This document shows, piece by piece, positions 27,248-35,661 of a stretch of 64,000 bases of DNA (within the stretch, counting starts at the first letter, position 1; each line of letters starts with the position of its first letter). The translations under genes were made by a program, and so were the position numbers. This DNA comes from a virus. The notes under the pieces are model-generated. The model searched no databases. It was not told the origin of the DNA and was given only the letters and a program-made list of their open reading frames with translations. Location of the stretch: IMG/VR virus record IMGVR_UViG_3300046543_000082, positions 16,257 through 80,256 of that record. One strand, given 5' to 3'.

Positions 27248-28048
27248 ATGACGAAGATTGATCTTGAGTCGGTAGTTCTGAAGAGTGGCGCACATGAGTC
27301 GCCGGAAGACGGTATGTGTCTGCTCGAAGTCGTGAGCATGTTTGCCGATGAGGATTTCGGAGACTCGCCGGCGTGCGTTGATTCGATCCTCGCTCAGTTT
27401 GGGCGGTCATGGAATGACGGAATGCGCTCCGACGCTGAGCGCGCCCAATTGAAGCAATACATCGCACGGCTACCCGGCACGAACAAGGGTTCGGCGCTCT
27501 CGCAAAAGCGAGGATGGATGGCGCTTGACTGGCTTATTCGTGTGCACACGGCAGCGTGGCTCGCTTTGAATCCCGGCCTCGTGCATCACGCCGAAACGCT
27601 CAAAATGCTACCGCCGATTACCTGCTCGGCCGATCTCGTTGCGGCACAACCGAAGCTCGATGCAGCAAAGAAAGATGCGGCCGCCGCATGGGCCGCCGCA
27701 GGGGCCGCCGCACGGGACGCCGCATGGGACGCCGCATGGGCCGCCGCACGGGCCGCCGCACGGGACGCCGCATGGGCCGCCGCATGGGCCGCCGCACGGG
27801 ACGCCGCAGGGGACGCCGCACGGGCCGCCGCACGGGACGCCGCATGGGACGCCGCATGGGCCGCCGCAGGGGCCGCCGCACGGGCCGCCGCACGGGACGC
27901 CGCATGGGCCGCCGCATGGGACGCCGCAGGGGCCGCCGCACGGGACGCCGCAGGGGACGCCGCAGGGGCGAAACTTGAACCCACCGTTATTGAATTGCAG
28001 GCGAGCGCCCACGAACTATTTTCGCGGATGATCGAAGCAACCGAATAA
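27248..28048 (+). CDS. Ala-rich tetrapeptide-repeat protein
   Basis: L..GAH...DGMCLLE...F.DSPACV N-domain + 24 x AA[W/R/G][A/D]. Confidence 0.7.
   Translation: MTKIDLESVVLKSGAHESPEDGMCLLEVVSMFADEDFGDSPACVDSILAQFGRSWNDGMRSDAERAQLKQYIARLPGTNKGSALSQKRGWMALDWLIRVHTAAWLALNPGLVHHAETLKMLPPITCSADLVAAQPKLDAAKKDAAAAWAAAGAAARDAAWDAAWAAARAAARDAAWAAAWAAARDAAGDAARAAARDAAWDAAWAAAGAAARAAARDAAWAAAWDAAGAAARDAAGDAAGAKLEPTVIELQASAHELFSRMIEATE
27683..27970 (+). repeat. 24 x 12-bp tandem repeat GCCGCA[T/C/G]GGG[A/C]C
   Basis: Counted directly; only positions 7 and 11 vary (last unit ends GCG). Confidence 0.92.
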
Positions 28049-28213
28049 CCAAAGCGCATCGCGCCGGACACGATAGAAGGATGGTTCGCACGATACGCGC
28101 CGATGGCTCGCTGGGCGCCCTGAAGGAACTACCTTGGTGGCGCAAACCTTCGGTTGTCGTCTAACTCACCCCACAAAGACCGCCGCTCTCACGCACCTAC
28201 GAGGATTGAAGAC

Positions 28214-29122
28214 ATGACCAACGGAAATAGCGCGGAGCGGGAACGCTTCGAAGAATGGGCTTTCGATATGGGCTACCGTAACTTCACGTATAGCGAGGAG
28301 TTCCACGGATATACGGAGGAAAGCATTCAACGCGTCTGGTTTGGCTGGAAAGGTGCGCTGTCGGTTTTCGCCGATGGCGGCAAAGAGCAGGTGACTGCGA
28401 CTATGGGTGAGGTGGTGTATCAGGTTCAGACAGGCGATTGCTGGCTCGACATGACGCAGGAGCAATACGAGCAGCACTCAAAAACGCGGCCGACACGAGT
28501 CTTGTACACCGCCCCGCAAGCCGAGTGCGCACCGCGTGGGGCGGTTGGTTACGCAGAGGTGTGTGATGGAAGTGGTGGCGATTTCACTATGGCGGTATTC
28601 AATTCCTCAGACGTTCCCGAGGGTGCCGCACTATTCACCGCCCCGCAAGCCGAGTGCGCACCGCGTGAGAAACAGAACGTGATGAACATTCCGCTTGACG
28701 CTGCCGCTACGATGGCTGATTACGCCCCGCAAGCCGAGTGCGCACCGCTGCCGAAGCAGGAACCGCTTGGCGAACCGTTTCAAACGGTGCTGGACGAGAA
28801 CCGATGGAATCTCTATGCCGAGTGCACACCGCGTGAGGCGCATCCGGTGGCGTATTTGGTCGATCCGGGCGCAGGTTCCGCCGTAGATAAGTTCCAGACC
28901 AACAAGCCGGATTATTTGCAGTTGGTGGACATCAAGCGGCGCGGGGGAAGCGTTACGCCGCTATACGCAGCCCCTACGCCTGAGCGTGCGCAGGAATCGG
29001 AAGGCGTGTTGACGGACGGAGAATTAATTGCGATTAGCAACGCATTGCAAGGAACCGGATACGCACATATCGCGGATAAATTGCGCGCCATTCTCGCCGC
29101 CAACAAGGAGCCGCAACCGTGA
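28214..29122 (+). CDS. Mosaic ea-region protein with repeated TAPQAECAPR linkers
   Basis: Start trimmed to MTNGN; ERERFE.W start, PVAY...PLYAAP segment. Confidence 0.65.
   Translation: MTNGNSAERERFEEWAFDMGYRNFTYSEEFHGYTEESIQRVWFGWKGALSVFADGGKEQVTATMGEVVYQVQTGDCWLDMTQEQYEQHSKTRPTRVLYTAPQAECAPRGAVGYAEVCDGSGGDFTMAVFNSSDVPEGAALFTAPQAECAPREKQNVMNIPLDAAATMADYAPQAECAPLPKQEPLGEPFQTVLDENRWNLYAECTPREAHPVAYLVDPGAGSAVDKFQTNKPDYLQLVDIKRRGGSVTPLYAAPTPERAQESEGVLTDGELIAISNALQGTGYAHIADKLRAILAANKEPQP
28507..28837 (+). repeat. Four dispersed in-frame direct repeats (CACCGCCCCGCAAGCCGAGTGCGCACCGCGTG)
   Basis: 28507-28538 and 28636-28667 identical; partial copies 28723-28748 and 28817-28837; periods 129, 84, 84 bp. 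Confidence 0.88.
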
Positions 29123-29424
29123 CCAAAGCATTTACCGCAGTCTTTCTGAATGTCACGCCGGAAGAAGCCGGAGAAATTACGAACCACCCAAAATGGTCGG
29201 CAGGCTCATGGAGCCACGCGCTTGACGACAGAAATGCGGCGCAGATCGACGCCGAGCGAGCGCGTGAAGAACGGAACCGCGAGCATGTCCGCCTCAATGC
29301 TGAGTGGATGGCGAAGTGCGAGGAGTTGCGGAAGTTCGTCGAAGAGATCGCCTTGGGGAATATCGACCCGGACAAGATCGCTGGTAAAGCCCGGAGTCTG
29401 GTGGCGAAGAAGGAGGGAGCGTAG
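29119..29424 (+). CDS. Hypothetical coiled-coil protein
   Basis: 101 aa, GTGA-coupled. Confidence 0.5.
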   Translation: MTKAFTAVFLNVTPEEAGEITNHPKWSAGSWSHALDDRNAAQIDAERAREERNREHVRLNAEWMAKCEELRKFVEEIALGNIDPDKIAGKARSLVAKKEGA

Positions 29425-29610
29425 ATGAGCGAGCTTCTCACACCTGACGAAGTGGCTTCGAAATTGAAGATCGAACGCCGCTCTTTCTTGCGTACAGTAG
29501 CCAAGCAGCCGGACTTCCCGGCGCCGATTCGGATCGGTCCAAGAATCCTACGCTGGCATGCAGAGCATGTTGCTCAGTGGATCGAGCGAAGCACGCGCCG
29601 TGCGGCCTAG
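29425..29610 (+). CDS. xis: Excisionase (AlpA-like HTH)
   Basis: LLTPDEVA..L.I...DFPAPIRIG...RW; adjacent to integrase. Confidence 0.75.
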   Translation: MSELLTPDEVASKLKIERRSFLRTVAKQPDFPAPIRIGPRILRWHAEHVAQWIERSTRRAA

Positions 29611-30602
29611 TCCAGTTTGGCCGCCAACTCTTCGGGCGTCGGGTTGTAGTAGATCAGCAATGATTTCAAATCCCGATGCCCGATCACGCGCGCAAGCTCC
29701 AAGACGGTCAACTTATTGGAAAGCCGAGTACAAGCCTCGTGGCGGCTGTCGTGAAAATGCAGAGTTGTGATACTTGGCATTTCCTTTGCGGCCTTCTGGC
29801 GCGCCTTTCTGAAAAGCGTACCGAGCGATTGGCCGTGGAACGTGAAAACATTCGTTTCGTGGCGACCCCGGAGTTTTGCGATTAGATCGACAGCTCGCTT
29901 TGATAGCGGAACATGGCGCTCATCATAGTTCTTCGTCTTGCTCAGGTGGACGCTTCTTGGGCTGACTTCCGGCCAATGTAGAGAGCATAGTTCACCGACG
30001 CGCATCCCTGTTTCGATTGCCAGCATGAAAGCGACAGCCATTTCCTGCTGTTTTGTCGTAACCGGTTGATCTTCCGAATAACCCAATGCCGAGCACATGA
30101 TTTTTATTTCCGACTCGGAAACACGTCTGTTGCGTGGCTTCGGATCGCGCGGACGCTTCACGTCTTCAAATGGGATCGAATCGAGCCATCGCCATTCTTT
30201 CCTCGCTATCTGGAAGACGGACATAAGCAGGTTCCATTCTCGATTCACGCTGGCTGCTGATACCTCTTTCAATCGAGCGTCGCGCCAAATGGCAATGTCA
30301 GTCTGCGTGACCTCGCTGATTATCTTGTTCCTGAATGGAAGTTCTCGACCGAGCTTGGCGAGGCGGACACGTTCCCATCGCTCGCCTTTCTTGGTCGGCG
30401 CCACTTCCTCTGCGTACTTGACGAGCGCTTCTGAGACGAAACGCTTTGGCAAATCACCTCTGACGCCTGCTAGTATTTCCGCCTCGCGAGCAGTCGCCCA
30501 TGCGACAGCCTGGGCCTTGGTCGGGAACGTGTCAGAATCCCGCACACCGGCCTTCTCGATCTCTGCCCGCCATCCCTTGGAACGCTTCCTGTAGTACGCC
30601 AT
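29607..30602 (-). CDS. int: Tyrosine integrase
   Basis: TGMRVGEL, HDSRH, GHRD...Y catalytic motifs. Confidence 0.93.
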   Translation of the reverse strand: MAYYRKRSKGWRAEIEKAGVRDSDTFPTKAQAVAWATAREAEILAGVRGDLPKRFVSEALVKYAEEVAPTKKGERWERVRLAKLGRELPFRNKIISEVTQTDIAIWRDARLKEVSAASVNREWNLLMSVFQIARKEWRWLDSIPFEDVKRPRDPKPRNRRVSESEIKIMCSALGYSEDQPVTTKQQEMAVAFMLAIETGMRVGELCSLHWPEVSPRSVHLSKTKNYDERHVPLSKRAVDLIAKLRGRHETNVFTFHGQSLGTLFRKARQKAAKEMPSITTLHFHDSRHEACTRLSNKLTVLELARVIGHRDLKSLLIYYNPTPEELAAKLD

Positions 30603-30612
30603 AGCCGCTCCT

Positions 30613-30631
30613 TGGCGGGAAAATGGCGGGA
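30613..30631 (+). promoter_or_regulatory. Integrase arm-type site pair (left of core)
   Basis: TGGCGGGA x2, 11-bp period. Confidence 0.65.
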
Positions 30632-30764
30632 TTCTATCGTAAACAGATTCGGATATTGGCCTGTAGCGGATCGATTAGGCTTTTGTGATCACGCCGCAAC
30701 TCGTTGAAAACGTTATCTAAACGCTCGTATTGGCGCGAGATGTGTTTTGATGTACCATTCAATC

Positions 30765-30786
30765 TCAAGTCCGGTCCCCGGCACCA
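30765..30786 (+). other. att core = tRNA 3'-end fragment (tRNA-Leu-like)
   Basis: TCAAGTCCGGTCCCCGGCACCA: T-loop/acceptor 3' end with CCA; no 5' half upstream. Confidence 0.75.
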
Positions 30787-30821
30787 CGACATCTATAGTT
30801 CATAAGGGATTCCGTCATGCT

Positions 30822-30840
30822 TGGCGGGATGGTGGCGGGA
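30822..30840 (+). promoter_or_regulatory. Integrase arm-type site pair (right of core)
   Basis: TGGCGGGA x2, 11-bp period. Confidence 0.65.
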
Positions 30841-30854
30841 TCGACTCTCTAACC

Positions 30855-32132
30855 CTACGCCGTGCCCTGCCGCAAACCATTCATGAAATAGCGCTGCTTG
30901 GCGGCCGGCGCTGCGGTGCCCGCGACCATCAGATTGATCCCCGATGAATCGATGTCGCCATGGAATCGGATATCGAAAAATGGGATCGTCGAGCCAGAAA
31001 CGGCATTGAAATATGCGACGTTCGGCGTTGACGCGCTGTCGAACAGAAACTCGCAATTTCGGAACTGTTGCATCGTCGGCGCTGTGCCTTTGGTGGCGTA
31101 AAGATACGTCCCAGCGGCGTAGACCGTTCCGGGCGTAATGACGTTGAAGTTCGAATTCTTGACCGTCGAGCCGTTGAAAAATGCGATTGCAGGCTGGCCG
31201 TTCGACGGCGGGTTGGCGCCCGGAAAGCAGATACCGGAAATGTCCAGCCGTTCGTTGGCTCCGTTCAGATAGAGCAGATATGGGAAATAATCGTTCTCTA
31301 CCTTGATGCGAAGGTCAACGCAGTTGTCGATCTGGATCGCATACCCGCAACCGGAATATGACGGCTGCCCGACTCCTACGTAGACCGTGTAAAGCTGCAC
31401 GAAATCATTGTCGTTTGCATACTCCAGCCACAGGGCCGGGTTCGTCCCGTAATTCAAAAGGCAGCAACCTATGAACGTGTTGCCGTCACTCTGCACCACC
31501 GGACCGAAGGTAGCAAATGGGCTGGCAAGATTCAGAACATTGTTAGAGCATAGGACGACGCCATACTTCCCCGCCGTCGTGACGTTATTGAAGCGCGAGA
31601 TGTTGACGTTATTAAGATAGATCGGGATCGATGCGCCAGCATTCTGCATGCACACAGCGACGTTTTCCATGATTATGTTCGAACCGCCAGGCGCACCGAG
31701 GCGCTGATCTGTGGAAGTACCGCCGATGATCCCGACCGACGAAGGATTGGACGAAACGCCGAGCGCGGAAATGTTGAAATTCCGCAGCGTAATGTTGTTT
31801 GAGCCGGTAATGTCGAGCAGGACGCCTCCCGTCCCTGCGAGAAGCGTGCTGCCCGACGGAGGCAGAATGTAGACCAAGCCCCAGTCAGGCGCAATCATGC
31901 CGGCGCCTTCGATGGTCAACTGATCGAGATTCGTCGCATTCAGCGGATGGCGGATCATGTAGCCCGCTGACGTTTTTGGAATACGGACGAAACCGCTGTT
32001 GATCGCAGCCTGAAACGCGGCGCTATCGTCCGTTATGCCGTCGCCCTTGGCTCCATAGTCGATTACGGTCGGCAGACGGTCGGTCGGCTTGTAACAGAAG
32101 CCCTCGAAAGGATCGATCCATCTTGCTAACAT
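30855..32132 (-). CDS. Pectate-lyase-3-like beta-helix protein (putative depolymerase)
   Basis: VIDYGAKGDGITDDSAAFQAAIN motif near N-terminus; Asn-rich beta-helix pattern. Confidence 0.7.
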   Translation of the reverse strand: MLARWIDPFEGFCYKPTDRLPTVIDYGAKGDGITDDSAAFQAAINSGFVRIPKTSAGYMIRHPLNATNLDQLTIEGAGMIAPDWGLVYILPPSGSTLLAGTGGVLLDITGSNNITLRNFNISALGVSSNPSSVGIIGGTSTDQRLGAPGGSNIIMENVAVCMQNAGASIPIYLNNVNISRFNNVTTAGKYGVVLCSNNVLNLASPFATFGPVVQSDGNTFIGCCLLNYGTNPALWLEYANDNDFVQLYTVYVGVGQPSYSGCGYAIQIDNCVDLRIKVENDYFPYLLYLNGANERLDISGICFPGANPPSNGQPAIAFFNGSTVKNSNFNVITPGTVYAAGTYLYATKGTAPTMQQFRNCEFLFDSASTPNVAYFNAVSGSTIPFFDIRFHGDIDSSGINLMVAGTAAPAAKQRYFMNGLRQGTA

Positions 32133-32654
32133 TTAAAAAGTTGGCGTAAAGCAGATCGGTAGACGGTTATCAGGTCCGCGCGATGTCGGAAGCTTGTCGA
32201 TCAACTTCCAGTTCTCATCGAGCGCCCACCAGAGCTTGTACCCGAGTTTGAGGCCCGCGCTGGTCGTATGGCAGAAATGCTTGCCGTCGGCTGTGTGCGC
32301 CTTGAACTCCGTCAGCGTCGTGCCGTCATGCGTCAGTAGATCGACAACCCATGTGGCCGGATCGTAGGGCAAGCCGAGCGGCCAATAACAGAAGCCGTAT
32401 GCCGGGTTTCGCCATAGCCAGCGCGTACGAAGCCACCACTTCTCCCACCCGATCGGAGCGGGAGCGCCTGCTGGCTGGAAATAGCCGTCGATCCAACCCG
32501 AATCGAGCGGAGCATCGAACGTCTGAAACCAGCACAGCCAGTTCGGCAGGTAGCCGTCATCCTTGCAGAAAAGCGCGATGAGCGGTGCGAGCGGTACCGC
32601 AAGCAGGTACGTGAAAAGCACCTGAGCGATCGTAGCCAATACATAGCGAATCAT
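32133..32654 (-). CDS. Trp-rich membrane-anchored phage protein
   Basis: Start trimmed to MIRYV; N-terminal TM; LP.WL.WFQT.D..LD and WLWRNPAYGF motifs. Confidence 0.6.
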   Translation of the reverse strand: MIRYVLATIAQVLFTYLLAVPLAPLIALFCKDDGYLPNWLCWFQTFDAPLDSGWIDGYFQPAGAPAPIGWEKWWLRTRWLWRNPAYGFCYWPLGLPYDPATWVVDLLTHDGTTLTEFKAHTADGKHFCHTTSAGLKLGYKLWWALDENWKLIDKLPTSRGPDNRLPICFTPTF

Positions 32655-32655
32655 C

Positions 32656-33264
32656 TCAGTGCCCCTTGAACAAGCTTGTTTCAGGGAGCGACGCCGGCGC
32701 GATAGGATCGGCGGCTGCCTGCGTATGAATGTTGATAGGAGCATTCGCCGCTGCGTACCCGACATCAGCGATCATCTTCGTCTGACCAGCGCTTTCCTTG
32801 CTAGAGCCGAAATAATAGGAAATGATGGCTACCCACGCGGTTTGCAGGGTTCCCGTCATAACCAGCATCAGATTCTGCGCTGCGCCTTCCAGATGAGCGA
32901 ACATCACCAATCCGAGCGTCCCGAAGAAGCCCAATGTGACGCCAACCGCGAGGAACTGAAGCGTGTAGTCTTTTGGGTTCGCCGTTTGACGCGCTCGAGC
33001 GTTCTGGACATCTGCGAGACGATTGGCCTCTGCGGTAATCACGAGGCTCTGCATCTGCACTTTGTTCGCCATCTCCGCCTCTTTTAGCTTCTCGAGTGCG
33101 GTAGGATCGGCGGCAATAGCTGTGTTGACTGAATCGGCATCGTTGGACGTTCCGAGCACGCTCGAGATCAGTGCGCCGGCTACTCCGCCGAGCGGACCGC
33201 CGAGGGCCGTCCCGAGGAGAGGAGCAGCCTTTCCGACTACACTTGCGATATCAGACCATTGCAT
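32656..33264 (-). CDS. Holin-like membrane protein (3TM-holin type)
   Basis: AP.LGTALGGP.G, coiled coil, D...AR, two TM helices, YYFGSS. Confidence 0.6.
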   Translation of the reverse strand: MQWSDIASVVGKAAPLLGTALGGPLGGVAGALISSVLGTSNDADSVNTAIAADPTALEKLKEAEMANKVQMQSLVITAEANRLADVQNARARQTANPKDYTLQFLAVGVTLGFFGTLGLVMFAHLEGAAQNLMLVMTGTLQTAWVAIISYYFGSSKESAGQTKMIADVGYAAANAPINIHTQAAADPIAPASLPETSLFKGH

Positions 33265-33265
33265 A

Positions 33266-33685
33266 TCAGGCTCCGTTTCTCATCATGTCGGCGAGACGCG
33301 TAGCGCGAGCGCCAACTTGCGTCGCCCATTTACTGGCGAGCATCCCGTTAGCTGCGGCCGCATAGTCGCCCCGCTGCACCGCCGCAAGCGTGTTCGCGAA
33401 CGACAGCAGACCGCCCCCCATGTTGAACGCCATGTTGACCAGCACGCGCTGACGAACCGGATCGAGTGTCGACCACCACGGCAGGTTTCGATCAAGCCAT
33501 GCCGTCGTCCTACCGATGTCGTTCTCAAGCAGCGCGTTGCATTCATCCTGCGAGATTCCGACATCGGTCAAGTTTCTGCCAACGCCGATGGTCGTCTTAC
33601 CTACCGTGTCTACATACGGTTTGAGTCTCACGCCTTCGTCCCGGCATAGTTCCGAGACAAGCGTTGGCATGTCGAAATTGCTCAT
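33266..33685 (-). CDS. Endolysin (T4-like lysozyme, GH24)
   Basis: Start trimmed to MSNFD; DEG.RLKPY.DT.GK.TIG.GRNL (E-x8-D-x5-T), NMAFNMG, S.WA.QVG.RA.RL. Confidence 0.9.
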   Translation of the reverse strand: MSNFDMPTLVSELCRDEGVRLKPYVDTVGKTTIGVGRNLTDVGISQDECNALLENDIGRTTAWLDRNLPWWSTLDPVRQRVLVNMAFNMGGGLLSFANTLAAVQRGDYAAAANGMLASKWATQVGARATRLADMMRNGA

Positions 33686-34005
33686 GTGTTCACCTTGGCT
33701 CGGAAGTAGTACCAAACGGCCGTAGCAAGCCCGACAATAAGCGCCCACAGCCCTTTCTGCGCGAGATCCACGCGAAGTTCTTCATAGAACCTCGCCTTTG
33801 CCTCATGCCGCGCGATCATCGCCTCATGTGCTCTGCGATGCCCGTCCCAATCGCCGTTGGGGAATGCGTTGTGTAAGTCATCCACTCTGCGTATAACCTC
33901 GTCAACTTTGAGATCAGTTACACGCTGTTGTGTAACGTTCTCGGAGTGCCGCTGGTCCATGTCGGCTGAAAGGGCGTGAATCGCCGCGACTATGTCTTCG
34001 TGCAT
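33682..34005 (-). CDS. Putative holin/lysis membrane protein
   Basis: AFP.GD.DGHRRAHEA.I, C-terminal TM; coupled to endolysin. Confidence 0.55.
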   Translation of the reverse strand: MHEDIVAAIHALSADMDQRHSENVTQQRVTDLKVDEVIRRVDDLHNAFPNGDWDGHRRAHEAMIARHEAKARFYEELRVDLAQKGLWALIVGLATAVWYYFRAKVNT

Positions 34006-34017
34006 TCGAAGCCCCGT

Positions 34018-34049
34018 AAAAAAGCCGCTCTAGGCGGCTATTGTTTTTT
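34018..34049. terminator. Bidirectional intrinsic terminator
   Basis: A-run, AGCCGC/GCGGCT stem, T-rich tail. Confidence 0.6.
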
Positions 34050-34054
34050 GTGCG

Positions 34055-35608
34055 TCACACTCGCGCGTCCGCAATCAACAAGGCGCTTGTGCTGAGTCTC
34101 AAAATTCCGGCTTGACCCGTAGTCGCGCCAGCCACCGTGCAGTTCACGAGCAGCCCTGTCGTCGACGATGAGGCAGTCACTAACGACATAGCGGAGATCG
34201 CGAAGCTTGATCCTGCTACGGCAACAAATGCCGCTGCGGTGCCGGAAACGAATGTCAAGACAGGCTGCAGCCGCATAGGTGCGGCGAGAGGAATCAGCGC
34301 CTGGAAGTTTGTCGCAGACGTGAAGACGCCCGTTCCGATCACTTCCTGAGTGAATGCGACGGGATCGGTAAGGTTCTGGACATTCCGATTCACGCGCCCC
34401 AATTCGGCATCCGCTCCCCTATATTCGAACGGCGTCGGGAGACCTGCGGCCGGAGCATTGGGCGGGCTTTCTTCAAGTTGCCATTGGGCCGTATTGACAG
34501 CGAACGTGACGTTCACAGGCAAATTAATTCTGATAGACAGATTGTCCGAAAAATCCGTACCTATAGTTTTTCCCGAAATAGAGGGGATAGCCAACGAGAC
34601 AGAGAAGAATGTTGGAACCGTCGTGATATTCCAATTTACTGTGTTGGTCGTTGTTACTGAAGAACTCCCCCCGGCGCCGAAGTTTTGAGTAGTAGCCACG
34701 GTAGGAATGGTGATCGTTCCGGAGTCAGTCCATAGCCACATGCCCAGGGTTGCAGTATGGTTCTCAAGCGTGCGAACACTTGGGATATGTTGACTAATTG
34801 CGCTTCCGGTAACGCTTGCTGCGACCGTCTGAGATAACTTCATGAAAGAAGAAGCGGGCGTTGTCATCCCTACAGGCGTACCGCCCGCTGTAAATGCCGT
34901 CTTCGATACCGTGATAGAAGATGACCCGGCGCCAGAAACACAAATCCACATATCGGCGGTGAACGGGAAAAGGCCCGAGGCGATCGTGAACGAAGTACCG
35001 GAGCGCCAGAAATCGAAATTGCCATCCGCAATATAGTTGCGATGGCTCGTGCGGCTCTGATAGTACGGAATTCCCTGCGCGAGTTGCCCCGTCTGAACGC
35101 GGAAATTCGTGCCGTCGTAATATAGTTGATACGGCGTTCCTACCGCTAGTGCGCCTGACCACAGACCAAGGCCGTTCGATTGTGTAATCGTCTTGGCGCC
35201 TACCGACGAAATGTTGATAGTCGGATTGGTCAGCGTGTTAGTCGATGTCGGCGTGTAGGTGAACTCTTGACCAACCGTGTAGGCAGTAATCGCAGGAGCC
35301 GAGCCGGCAATGATCGCATCGCCTGTTCCGCTGATCGAACTGAGTACGGTAGAAGTGCTGTTCTGGATTTGGCTAAGATTCGCAGCGTCTGTGAGCGCCG
35401 TACCGTTGCCGAGGTTGGTGATCCGGAAGCCACCAAGCGGGATGTTCGCGATCGGAGTCTGCTGGCCGTCCTTCGTCAAACAATTCGTGAGGCCATTGTT
35501 TGCGATGTCAGAAAGCGTATTATTGGCCCAGGTCGAGCTAATGGTAGTTCCTGTAACTACAGGATTACCCGAAATTAACGAGAACACGCCGGAGCCGTTG
35601 TAGGCCAT
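34055..35608 (-). CDS. Tail fibre protein
   Basis: MAYNGSG.F...GTTISS.W.N..L.D.A..LT..L.KDGQ attachment domain; RNYI.DGNFD.W and PTPFEYR...EL motifs. Confidence 0.75.
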   Translation of the reverse strand: MAYNGSGVFSLISGNPVVTGTTISSTWANNTLSDIANNGLTNCLTKDGQQTPIANIPLGGFRITNLGNGTALTDAANLSQIQNSTSTVLSSISGTGDAIIAGSAPAITAYTVGQEFTYTPTSTNTLTNPTINISSVGAKTITQSNGLGLWSGALAVGTPYQLYYDGTNFRVQTGQLAQGIPYYQSRTSHRNYIADGNFDFWRSGTSFTIASGLFPFTADMWICVSGAGSSSITVSKTAFTAGGTPVGMTTPASSFMKLSQTVAASVTGSAISQHIPSVRTLENHTATLGMWLWTDSGTITIPTVATTQNFGAGGSSSVTTTNTVNWNITTVPTFFSVSLAIPSISGKTIGTDFSDNLSIRINLPVNVTFAVNTAQWQLEESPPNAPAAGLPTPFEYRGADAELGRVNRNVQNLTDPVAFTQEVIGTGVFTSATNFQALIPLAAPMRLQPVLTFVSGTAAAFVAVAGSSFAISAMSLVTASSSTTGLLVNCTVAGATTGQAGILRLSTSALLIADARV

Positions 35609-35624
35609 CTTGTCACCTAAAATG

Positions 35625-35649
35625 AAAAAGGCCGCGCTTGGCGGCCCTT
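35625..35649 (-). terminator. Intrinsic terminator after ejection operon
   Basis: GGCCGC/GCGGCC stem with T-run on minus strand. Confidence 0.55.
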
Positions 35650-35661
35650 AAAGGGAGAAAT

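Noticed and set aside
27683-27970. Diversity-generating retroelement variable/template repeat
   Set aside because: No reverse transcriptase or TR/VR pair in the window; the variation is a tandem array, not adenine-specific
27556-28071. Alternative-frame repeat proteins (RRMG, PHG, PCG repeats)
   Set aside because: Artefacts of a stop-free 12-bp repeat; only the AAxx frame has a proper start and flanking domains
28507-28837. CRISPR array
   Set aside because: Spacers are unequal and long (55-97 bp), repeats decay, all sit in frame within an ORF, and no cas genes are present
30700-30790. Complete tRNA gene
   Set aside because: Only the 3' 22 nt are present; upstream sequence lacks the complementary acceptor 5' strand and D/anticodon arms
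32130-32140. Read-through fusion of the membrane protein and the beta-helix protein (TTT TAA ATG in frame)
   Set aside because: TAA is rarely read through; translational coupling is the simpler explanation
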